Shown piece by piece: positions 1-10,769 of a stretch of DNA of 25,071 nucleotides (position 1 is its first letter; each line of letters begins with the position of its first letter). The notes beneath the pieces are model-generated. The model worked only from the letters and a program-made list of their open reading frames with translations, searched no databases and was not told where the DNA came from. The position numbers and the translations under genes were made by a program. This DNA is from Prasinococcaceae sp. CCMP 1430 (taxonomy: Eukaryota; Plantae; Prasinodermophyta): the NCBI GenBank assembly GCA_013416795.1, contig RQSC01001187.1:1-25071 (forward strand), given 5' to 3'.

Positions 1-245
1 CCAGGCGGAGACGGCGCGCAAGGCGCTGCTGCTGGCCACGCAGGCCCTCGGTGTGGACGCAGCGGCCGTACGCGCGGCGCGCGACGACGTCGATGCCCTC
101 TTCGAGGCGATGCTCGGGTGGGACGGGGGAGGAGAGGGCGGCGGTAGACGTTTCACCGCTGATGAGCTTTTGCGGCGGATGGGATCGCGCCATGGCAAGC
201 TCGGGCTGGTGCGGCTGGAATACGAGCGCGGTGCCGACAATGCAC
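1..245 (+). pseudogene. Truncated copy of the ankyrin-family N-terminal module, fused in frame to the 5' leader of copy A; its own 5' end lies outside the window
   Basis: Encodes QAETARKALLLATQALGVDAAAVRAARDDVDALFEAMLGW...FTADELLRRMGSRHGKLGLVRLEYERGADNA, homologous to the start of copies A/B/C. It breaks off within the first ankyrin repeat and runs into the leader (cacctttcgccgacgtc) that precedes the ATG in copies A and C. Confidence 0.75.
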
Positions 246-280
246 GCACCTTTCGCCGACGTCATCGCCTGCACGTCGAC

Positions 281-1213
281 ATGAAGCGGGCCCGCGAAGA
301 GGATGCTAGCTCCGGCGCATCGGGCGCCGGCGGGGGTGACGCGGGCGGGGGCGCGAGCGGCGGCGGCGGCGCGAGCGGCGCCCAGGCGGAGACGGCGCGC
401 AAGGCGCTGCTGCTGGCCACGCAGGCTCTCGGTGTGAACGCAGCGGCCGAACGCGCGGCGCGCGACGACCTCGACGCCTTTTTCGAGGCGATGCTCGGGT
501 GGGACCCTGCGGATGGACCTTTCACCGCTGATGAGCTTTTGCGGGAGGGATTGTGCTACAGCAAGCCCGTGCTAGTGCGGCTGGCGCTCGAGCGCGGTGC
601 GGACATACATGCCAGTCCACACTACGGCGAGAAGGCCGCGCATATGGCCGCTCGGGAAGGCGAATCCGACTGCCTGAAGCTGTTACTCGAGGCGGGCGTC
701 GACAAGGACGTGCGCGACTCTAGACAATACAGCGTTGGTATGACCGTTTTGGAGACAGCCGCGCTGTACAGCCATGCCGACTGCGTGAAGGTGCTGCTCG
801 AGGCGGGCGCCGACGTCGATCTGGGCAACATAAAATACGGCTCGACGCCCTTGTGGCGCGCCGCGAGCAACGGGGACTTCGTCTGCGTGAAGTTGTTGCT
901 CGAGGCGGGCGCCGACGTTGACAAAGCTGACGAAAAAAGTTGCACGCCCTTGCGTGTTGCCATGGAGGCTGCCATGGAGGAGGACGTGTGCGATATATCC
1001 CAGTACGGGCATTACAAGGTGGATCCGGTCAACTGTGTCAGGCTGCTGCTCGAGGCGGGAGCGCGCATCGACGCCGGCACCAAGAAGTACGCCTTCATCA
1101 AGGAGTACCACCTCGGTGAGGCGGCCGCGCTGATCAAGGCGGCGCTCGAACGACGGCGGAAGCGCAGGCGCTCGAATGACGGCGGAAGCGCAGGCCGGCG
1201 GCGCGCGCGCTGA
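281..1213 (+). CDS. Ankyrin-repeat protein, copy A (about 5 repeats, intronless, basic NLS-like ends)
   Basis: ATG at 281 has the same gtcgacATGaagcgg context as copies B and C. Repeats of the type TPLWRAA..G...CVKLLLEAGADVD. Ends RRRKRRRSNDGGSAGRRRAR*. Confidence 0.9.
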   Translation: MKRAREEDASSGASGAGGGDAGGGASGGGGASGAQAETARKALLLATQALGVNAAAERAARDDLDAFFEAMLGWDPADGPFTADELLREGLCYSKPVLVRLALERGADIHASPHYGEKAAHMAAREGESDCLKLLLEAGVDKDVRDSRQYSVGMTVLETAALYSHADCVKVLLEAGADVDLGNIKYGSTPLWRAASNGDFVCVKLLLEAGADVDKADEKSCTPLRVAMEAAMEEDVCDISQYGHYKVDPVNCVRLLLEAGARIDAGTKKYAFIKEYHLGEAAALIKAALERRRKRRRSNDGGSAGRRRAR

Positions 1214-1389
1214 TCGCTCGTCGGGTGAGCGTTTCGTAAGATTGCCAGTGCACACACAGGCACAGCGGCTCGCGCGCCACACCGCGCGCGCGGCCCCAGC
1301 CTCCCCCTGCCCCCCAAGTCCCCCCCCCCCCCCGCTGCCTGCGCACCCACACACGCACCTTCCGACGACCTCGTCTCTTGCACGTCGAC

Positions 1390-2602
1390 ATGAAGCGGGC
1401 GCGCGAAGAGGGGGCCGGCCCCGGCGCATGGGGCGCCGGCAGGGGCGACGCGTTCGGCGGCGCGAGCGGCGCCCAGGCGGAGACGGCGCGCAAGGCGCTG
1501 CTGCTGGCCACGCAGGCCCTCGGTGTGAACGCGGCGGCCGTGCGCGCGGCGCGCGACGACCTCGACGCCCTCCTCGACGTGGTTATCGGTAGACGTCTCA
1601 CCGCTGATGAGCTTTTGCGGGTGGGATCGTGCCGCGGCAAGCCCGGGCTAGTGCGGCTGGCGCTCGAGCGTGGTGCAGACATAAATGCACGTGATGGTCG
1701 CACAGGCGAGACCGCCGCGCATTTGGCCGCTGAGGGAGGCAACCCCGAGTGTCTGAAGCTGTTACTCGCGGCGGGCATCGACAAGGACGTGCGCGCCGGC
1801 TCTGGTGTACACGGCGATGGTGGTATGACCCTCTTGGTGACGGCCGCGCTGAACGGCCATGCCGACTGCGTGAAGGTGCTCCTCGAGGCGGGCGCCGACG
1901 TCGATCTGGCCAACAAATTCGGCTGGACGCCCCTGTGGCGCGCCGCTGAGCACGGGAACGCCGACTGTGTGAAGGTGCTGCTCGAGGCGGGCGCCGACAC
2001 GGAGCTGGGCAACGACGCCGGCTGGACGCCCTTGTGGCGCGCCGCGAGCAAGGGGAACTCCGTCTGCCTGAAGCTCTTGCTCGAGGCGGGCGCCGAAAAG
2101 GACAAAGCTGACGAAGAAGGCTCGACCCCCTTATTGGAAGCTTCGTATAGCGGGAACGCTGACTGCCTGGAGCTGTTGCTCGAGGCGGGCGCCGAAAAGG
2201 ACAAACCTGACCCAGACGGCCGGACCCCCTTATGGGAAGCTGCGCGTAGCGGCCATGCCGACTGCCTGAAGCTGTTGCTGGAGGCGGGCGCCGATAACGA
2301 CAAACCTGACGCAGACAACCGGACCCCCTTTTGGACAGCTGCATGTCACGGCCGTGCCGACTGTATGAAGCTCTTGCTCGAGGCAGGCGTCGACATAAAC
2401 CGAACCGACGATAGACGGACGCCCTTACATGTCGCAGCCGAAAGGGGACACGACGCCTGCGTCAAGCTGCTGCTGGAGGCGGGCGTGGACCCGTGCGTGC
2501 GTGATCACAAGGGCAATACTGCACTCGATTTTGCCCAGGGGAACGCGTGCTCTAGCTCGAGTGCTTCGAGTCTGAGGCGCGCGTTGAATGAGCGCGTGAA
2601 TG
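1390..2602 (+). CDS. Ankyrin-repeat protein, copy B (about 9-10 repeats), cut at its 3' end by the N at 2603
   Basis: MKRAREE start and a canonical ankyrin array. By eye, 1442-2602 is identical to 4910-6070 of copy C. Sequence after the N is unrelated to the C-terminus of copy C. Confidence 0.85.
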
Positions 2603-2603
2603 N
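2603..2603. other. Single N, probable assembly gap or contig join
   Basis: Identity to copy C stops exactly at this base and unrelated coding sequence begins immediately after it. Confidence 0.8.
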
Positions 2604-3054
2604 CGACGCCGACGCCGACGGCGCGGACGCGGACGCGGACGCCCTCGGCGGCGTGAGCGCGGCGGACGCGCGCGCCGTCGGCAGGGCGCTCAGGGAGGCC
2701 GCCGAGAGCAAGGCCGCGAAGAAGAAGAAGAAGAAGAAGAAGAAGAAGAAGGGCAAGAAGAGCAAGCAGGGCGCGGCCGAGGGTGACGCGCCCGCGAAGG
2801 AGGCGGATGGGGCGGCCGAGGGCGGCGACGCGGAGGGCGAGCGCGAGGGGGGCAAGGCAGACGAGGCGAAGGGCGGGGCGGAGGCGGACGAGGAGGGCGG
2901 CGAGGGGGGCGGCGCGCGCGAGGCGTCGCTGGGCGTGCGCTCCGGCGCGGTGGCCAAGGCGTCCAAGTCCAAGTCCAAGGCGAAGAGGAAGAAGGAGAAG
3001 CGCAAGAAGAAGCGCGACAGGAACAAGGCCAAGGAGGCGCGCGAGAGGGAGTAA
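2604..3054 (+). CDS. 3' end of an unidentified gene with an acidic/Ala-rich and poly-Lys tail; 5' part missing
   Basis: Open frame DADADGADADADALGG...AAKKKKKKKKKKKGKKSK...KRKKEKRKKKRDRNKAKEARERE* with GC-rich third positions and (AAG)11 at 2719-2751. Confidence 0.7.
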
Positions 3055-3100
3055 CGACCGCGTGCGATGCTGGGGGCTCCGAGCGACGCAGGCGCACGCG

Positions 3101-3384
3101 CGTGTGTGTGTGTGTGTATACGTGTGTGTGTGTGTGTGTACGTGTGTGTGTGTGCGTGTACGTGTGTGTGTGTGTGTGTGTGACTAGTTACTACAGTAGC
3201 GCTATATTACCGCGCGAAAGCGCACACGTACACACACACACACACACGTACACACACACACACACATACACACACACACACACGCATGCGCTCACGCCTC
3301 GCTTGGCGCGCTGCCTGTGTGCTGCGCCGCTGGCGTCGTAGCCTTCGCGCGCGCGGCCTCGCGCTCCCACCGCGCCGACACCTT

Positions 3385-3478
<94 letters not shown>

Positions 3479-3762
3479 GTGTTTTTGTGTGTGTGTGTGT
3501 GCGTGTGTGTTCGTGCGTCAGCTGCATGCACGCATGCACGCTCACCCGCGCGCGCGCCGCGAAAGCGCTCGCGCACCCTCGGCGGGCGCCCCCTCCCGCG
3601 CCGGCGTGGACGGCGCGTCGTCTGCGTCTGCCTCGGGCCACGGGCGCCAGAACCCTTTGCCGAAGAGGCCCGTGCCGTCGCCGACGTCGACGTCGACGGC
3701 CGCGTCCGCGACGTCCGCTGAGTCTGTGGCTGCGTGTGTGGCTGTGTGTGTGTGTGTGTGTG

Positions 3763-3827
<65 letters not shown>

Positions 3828-4280
3828 GTGGGTGTGCACGCGCACGCGTGTGAGTACATGCTCCTCGGAACGCGAGCACACACACACGGGCGCGGGCGCG
3901 CACACACACACACACCCGCGCGCACGCACCTTTGTCTTGCGCGCGCTCCGCCGCGCGGCGCGCCCTCGCGCGCTTCGCGGCCTTCTTGCCGAGCGACGCG
4001 GCGATGGCGGCGACGAGCAGCGCGGCGCACACCAGCGTGAGGATGGACCAGAACGGGTTGGCGTTCACGAAGGTCTCCCAGCCATCCATGCCGCTGCCCG
4101 CGAGGGCGCGACCCATCGCGCGAGCGCGTGCCTGCGCGTGCGCGTGTGTGTGCGCGTGTTCGCTCGCCTGTGCGCGCGTGTCTGCGCGTGCGCGTGCACG
4201 CGCGCGCACGTTTCCTTCCGTGCGCACGCGCGCGTGTGCCTGCGCGCGCTGTGGCCACCGACACGCTCACACAAGCGCAA

Positions 4281-4318
<38 letters not shown>

Positions 4319-4319
4319 G

Positions 4320-4361
<42 letters not shown>

Positions 4362-4440
4362 CACACACACACGCAGACACACACACACACACACACACAC
4401 GCACGCACACACACGCACGCGCGCGCGCTCGCGCGTTCGT
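3101..4440. repeat. Cluster of (GT)n/(CA)n microsatellites in and around the small membrane-protein gene
   Basis: Tracts at about 3101-3182, 3224-3284, 3384-3510, 3740-3830 and 4270-4420. Confidence 0.95.
3292..4116 (-). CDS. Small single-pass membrane protein of unknown function, spliced (exons 4116-3930, 3723-3577, 3381 to about 3296; 3' end uncertain)
   Basis: [51 protein letters not shown] has a hydrophobic helix followed by a basic stop-transfer patch. Phase-compatible GT-AG junctions (AAAG|GTGCGT, cacag|ACTC, GAGG|GTGCGC, cacaag|GTGT). Confidence 0.6.
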
Positions 4441-4489
4441 GTTCGAACGCAGCAGCGCCGCGCGCGCGCAAACGCCTCCGATAGGGTCT

Positions 4490-4700
4490 GCTCTCAGCAT
4501 TTTGATACGTCAAAATGAATCCACAATCCCAACGGTTTTCCTGTTATGAGGTTTAGGTTTGGAAGATGACCCCATTGTTACTCATCGGCAGCCGTGGGCT
4601 TGTTTGACCTCACTTTATGCGCTTCGTAGGAAATTTTAAGAATAAAGGCAGGCGTTTGTTTGTACGTATGAACGAGCGTCTTCAAAACGACGGAAGGGGT
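4490..4700. promoter_or_regulatory. AT-rich divergent intergenic island, probable promoter region
   Basis: Marked drop in GC between divergent ATGs at 4116 (-) and 4858 (+). Contains GGTTTAGGTTT near 4550 and an 8-bp inverted repeat CATTTTGA-tacg-TCAAAATG at 4498-4517. Confidence 0.55.
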
Positions 4701-4857
4701 TTGGAGAGCGTTTCGCGCCGGACGGAGTCGCGGCTGAGCGCGCGGGCGTGCCACACCGCGCGCGCGGCCAGAGCCTCCCCCCGCCCCCCTCGTTCCCCCC
4801 ACCTGCCCGCGCACCCGCGCGGGCACCTTTCGCCGACGTCGTCGCTTGCCCGTCGAC

Positions 4858-6198
4858 ATGAAGCGGGCGCGCGAAGAGGAGGCTGGCCCCAGCGCATCGG
4901 GCGCTGGCGGGGGCGACGCGTTCGGCGGCGCGAGCGGCGCCCAGGCGGAGACGGCGCGCAAGGCGCTGCTGCTGGCCACGCAGGCCCTCGGTGTGAACGC
5001 GGCGGCCGTGCGCGCGGCGCGCGACGACCTCGACGCCCTCCTCGACGTGGTTATCGGTAGACGTCTCACCGCTGATGAGCTTTTGCGGGTGGGATCGTGC
5101 CGCGGCAAGCCCGGGCTAGTGCGGCTGGCGCTCGAGCGTGGTGCAGACATAAATGCACGTGATGGTCGCACAGGCGAGACCGCCGCGCATTTGGCCGCTG
5201 AGGGAGGCAACCCCGAGTGTCTGAAGCTGTTACTCGCGGCGGGCATCGACAAGGACGTGCGCGCCGGCTCTGGTGTACACGGCGATGGTGGTATGACCCT
5301 CTTGGTGACGGCCGCGCTGAACGGCCATGCCGACTGCGTGAAGGTGCTCCTCGAGGCGGGCGCCGACGTCGATCTGGCCAACAAATTCGGCTGGACGCCC
5401 CTGTGGCGCGCCGCTGAGCACGGGAACGCCGACTGTGTGAAGGTGCTGCTCGAGGCGGGCGCCGACACGGAGCTGGGCAACGACGCCGGCTGGACGCCCT
5501 TGTGGCGCGCCGCGAGCAAGGGGAACTCCGTCTGCCTGAAGCTCTTGCTCGAGGCGGGCGCCGAAAAGGACAAAGCTGACGAAGAAGGCTCGACCCCCTT
5601 ATTGGAAGCTTCGTATAGCGGGAACGCTGACTGCCTGGAGCTGTTGCTCGAGGCGGGCGCCGAAAAGGACAAACCTGACCCAGACGGCCGGACCCCCTTA
5701 TGGGAAGCTGCGCGTAGCGGCCATGCCGACTGCCTGAAGCTGTTGCTGGAGGCGGGCGCCGATAACGACAAACCTGACGCAGACAACCGGACCCCCTTTT
5801 GGACAGCTGCATGTCACGGCCGTGCCGACTGTATGAAGCTCTTGCTCGAGGCAGGCGTCGACATAAACCGAACCGACGATAGACGGACGCCCTTACATGT
5901 CGCAGCCGAAAGGGGACACGACGCCTGCGTCAAGCTGCTGCTGGAGGCGGGCGTGGACCCGTGCGTGCGTGATCACAAGGGCAATACTGCACTCGATTTT
6001 GCCCAGGGGAACGCGTGCTCTAGCTCGAGTGCTTCGAGTCTGAGGCGCGCGTTGAATGAGCGCGTGAATGGTGTCGATCAGTACGCCGAGGTCATCGCCG
6101 TGCTCGCGGCGGCGGGCTCGGGCAGCGGCTCGGCTGGGAGCGGCGCGGCCGGGGGGCGGCGGCGCGGCGCCAGCGCAGGCAGGCGGCGCGCGCGCTGA
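4858..6198 (+). CDS. Ankyrin-repeat protein, copy C (complete, about 9-10 repeats, intronless)
   Basis: MKRAREE start, shared helical N-terminal module, 33-aa repeats (GWTPLWRAA..GNADCVKVLLEAGAD) and a C-terminal GASAGRRRAR*. Confidence 0.92.
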   Translation: MKRAREEEAGPSASGAGGGDAFGGASGAQAETARKALLLATQALGVNAAAVRAARDDLDALLDVVIGRRLTADELLRVGSCRGKPGLVRLALERGADINARDGRTGETAAHLAAEGGNPECLKLLLAAGIDKDVRAGSGVHGDGGMTLLVTAALNGHADCVKVLLEAGADVDLANKFGWTPLWRAAEHGNADCVKVLLEAGADTELGNDAGWTPLWRAASKGNSVCLKLLLEAGAEKDKADEEGSTPLLEASYSGNADCLELLLEAGAEKDKPDPDGRTPLWEAARSGHADCLKLLLEAGADNDKPDADNRTPFWTAACHGRADCMKLLLEAGVDINRTDDRRTPLHVAAERGHDACVKLLLEAGVDPCVRDHKGNTALDFAQGNACSSSSASSLRRALNERVNGVDQYAEVIAVLAAAGSGSGSAGSGAAGGRRRGASAGRRRAR

Positions 6199-6331
6199 TC
6201 GCCCGGGTTTGCATTTCGTACAGTAGGATCACGCGTGCACACACAGGCACAGCGGCTCGCACACACGCACGCAGACAGACTGTACGCACGCACCCGCGTG
6301 CTCTCGCCCGGCGTCGCCCCGTCGCGCTGCG

Positions 6332-8480
<2,149 letters not shown>

Positions 8481-8548
8481 CCCCGCCCCCGCGCGTGAGC
8501 CGAGCGGGCCACACACACACGTGCAGTAACGGCCGAGCGAGTGCCGTG

Positions 8549-8680
8549 GTTTGGGGTAGGGATTAGGGTTATATGCGGTATTAGGGTTTAGAATAACGCA
8601 CAGAGCACGGGCGCCGCTCCTTTGATTTTGACCTCTGCCGATTTGGGTTCGTATTAGGGTATTGGTGCTAGTAGGGTTTC
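8549..8680 (+). repeat. Degenerate telomere-like / telo-box motifs (G-rich on +)
   Basis: TAGGG 8557, TTAGGG 8563, TTAGGGTTTAG 8581-8591, TTTGGG 8642, TTAGGG 8654, TAGGGTTT 8672. Confidence 0.75.
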
Positions 8681-8706
8681 CGCTGATGCACGGAGTATTG
8701 ATCTGT

Positions 8707-8960
8707 GATGTGAGATTGCACAGTAGTATCCCGTGGGTGAGCCATCGCATATACTTCGTGTACCATAAACGGTTGCATCCGAAATGATGTGAGATTGTAC
8801 AGTACGTAGTATCCCGTGGGTGCGCCATCGCACATACTTCGTGTGCCATAAACGGTTGCATCCGAAATGATGTGAGATTGCACAGCAGTATCCCGTGGGT
8901 GAGTCATCGCATATACTTCTTGTGCCGTAAACGGTTGCATCCGAAATGATGGGAGATTCG
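8707..8960. repeat. Tandem repeat with a 79-bp unit, about 3.2 copies, AT-richer than the flanks
   Basis: Units 8707-8785 (79 bp), 8786-8868 (83 bp, 4-bp insertion), 8869-8947 (79 bp) and a partial unit from 8948. Unit 1 is GATGTGAGATTGCACAGTAGTATCCCGTGGGTGAGCCATCGCATATACTTCGTGTACCATAAACGGTTGCATCCGAAAT. Confidence 0.95.
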
Positions 8961-9202
8961 TAGCGATACACGCGCGCGTTCCCCAACCGCCGCGCGCAGC
9001 GCAGCGCGCGCAGCGCGCGCGCGCGCGCGCGCTACGGCGCCAGCGTGCCCCCGCGCGCGCGTGCGTGTGTGCGCTCGCGCGGGCTCGCATGGCCGCGTGT
9101 GAAGACGCCGCACACACGCGCCCGCACACACACGCAAGCGCACGCGCACGCGCACACGCACACGCGGCGCGCGCACGCGCGCGTGTGTGCGCGTGTGCGT
9201 GT

Positions 9203-9246
<44 letters not shown>

Positions 9247-9324
9247 GCGCGCGCGTGTGTGTGTGTGGCACGCGCACGCGCGCGCTCGCGCGCACCAGCC
9301 GCCGCGCCGGTGCGCTTTTCGTCT

Positions 9325-9381
9325 GTAACCAACCCTAATATACAACCCTTAATACGCGCTCGGAACGAACCTAAACAAACC
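9325..9381 (-). repeat. Degenerate telomere-like / telo-box motifs (C-rich on +, opposite orientation to 8549-8680)
   Basis: AACCCTAATA 9331-9340, AACCCTTAA 9344-9352, AACCTAAAC 9368-9376. Confidence 0.65.
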
Positions 9382-9464
9382 ACGGGCGGCCCCGGGGGGT
9401 GCGGGGACGACCTCCACACGCGCGGCTTCGAGCCGGGCGCCCCCCCCGAGGCCGTCGCGCCGCT

Positions 9465-10558
9465 CTAGTACGACCTCACGTAGGGCTTGGGCACCACCCC
9501 GGCGGCGGGCGCGCTCATGCCCCTGTCCCTCTCCTCGACGGCCTGGGCGTCGAGCTGCGCCTGCCAGCGCAGGTCCTTGAGCATCCCCGCGATGGGCGGG
9601 TGGGACGGCGCGGGCGCGCCCTTGGGCGGCCTGAGCCGCCCGCCGTGGGGCAGGACGAGGCGCCCCTGCGCGCGCGGCTCGTCGCCCTGCAGCCTGGCGG
9701 CGTACAGCTTGAGCGCGCGCAGCTCCTCGCAGGTCTCCAGCTTGAGCTCGCTGAGCTCGTCCGACCACAGCATGAGCGTCTCCAGCTCCGCGCAGCACTC
9801 GAGGTCGATGCTCCGGAGGTTGCGGCACTGGACGAGCGCCTTCTTGAGGCCCGTGCACCGCGACAGGTTGAGGTGCGTGAGCGAGTCGCTCTGCACCTGG
9901 ACGAACTCGAGCGCCGGGCAGCTCCCCAGGTCAAGCCTGGACAGCGCCGGCAGCGCCGCGGCGGGCGACACCACCACGCGCGTGAGCAGCGACGCTCCCT
10001 TGAGCTCGAGCCGCTCGAGCTCGGGGGGCGCCAGCCGCACGATCTCGGCGGGGAACGAGTCCCGCATGGACGGCGAGTACGTCACCCGCACCACCTTGCA
10101 CGCCGAGAGGATGCGCTCCCTGGCAGGGCGCGCCGCCGTCGCGACACGAGTGAGCGCGAAAGTCAGGGTGCACGCGCGCGCGTGTGCGCATGCGCGTGCG
10201 CATGCGCGTGCCGGCGCGTGTGTGTGCGCGCGCGTGCGTGTGTGAGAGAGAGCGCGTGTGTGTGCCCGTCGGGTGCGGCATGGTCAGCGCGTGCGCGCAG
10301 CGGCGCGCTCGCGCTCGCGGCGGCCGCCGCTCGACGACGACGGCGCCCGCGCGGCTGCCGGGAGGGGACCGCGCGCGCTCACCTGATGGCGCCCCACGTG
10401 GGCCACAGCGCGGCATCGGGCAGCGCGTCGGGCGGCCTGTCCCAGCGCCGCGCCTGGACGGCCCCCTCCCACTGCGGGTCGTGCGGCGGCTCGGCCGGCC
10501 CCGCGGACTTCTTGCCCTTGCCGCCCTTCTTCTTGCCGCCCTTCTTCTTCTTGGCCAT
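9465..10558 (-). CDS. DRC6: Nexin-dynein regulatory complex subunit 6-like LRR protein (FBXL13/FAP169 family), 2 exons (10558-10383, 10119-9465), 276 aa
   Basis: Spliced product MAKKKKGGKKK...AEPPHDPQWE...LPDAALWPTWGAIRERILSACK...SMRDSFPAEIVRLAPPEL...LETLMLWSDELSEL...PSHPPIAGMLK matches, from memory, the motifs of Chlamydomonas DRC6 (AEPPHD, WPTWGALRERVL, LETLMLWTDEL, PSHPPIA). The phase-2 GT-AG intron has a CTGAC branch-like motif. Confidence 0.82.
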
Positions 10559-10769
10559 GGCCGCGCGCGCGGGGGGGCGCGCGCCCCGCCGCGCGCGCGC
10601 GACGTCTGCCGCAGCGGTCTGGGCCGCAACGCGCCCCTCTCCTGTCCTCCTTGCCCCCACGCGTGCGCGAGCGCGCGCTCCCCTCCCCGCCTCCCCCCCA
10701 CCGACGTGCGCGCACGCGCGTCGCACCCTCTCGCTCGCCCCCGCGCGCCCGCGCCGCTTTGGGCAGGGC

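Noticed and set aside
1378-3054. 558-aa ORF joining ankyrin repeats to a poly-Lys tail as a novel fusion protein
   Set aside because: The join is exactly at an N. Copy C shows the normal continuation, so this is most likely an assembly chimera.
8575-8595. CTAAACCCTAA on the minus strand (8591-8581) as a telomerase RNA template
   Set aside because: It has the length of a plant-type template but is one of several degenerate copies, and I see no snRNA-type promoter or downstream poly-T terminator. A covariance-model search would settle it.
8707-8960. 79-bp array as a CRISPR array or tRNA cluster
   Set aside because: Units are contiguous with no unique spacers, there are no cas genes, the context is eukaryotic, and no tRNA D/T-arm consensus is visible.
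9061-9328. Possible tiny spliced gene on + ending PPRRCAFRL* with TGTAA
   Set aside because: The candidate splice sites are equally readable on the other strand and the product has no convincing coding character.
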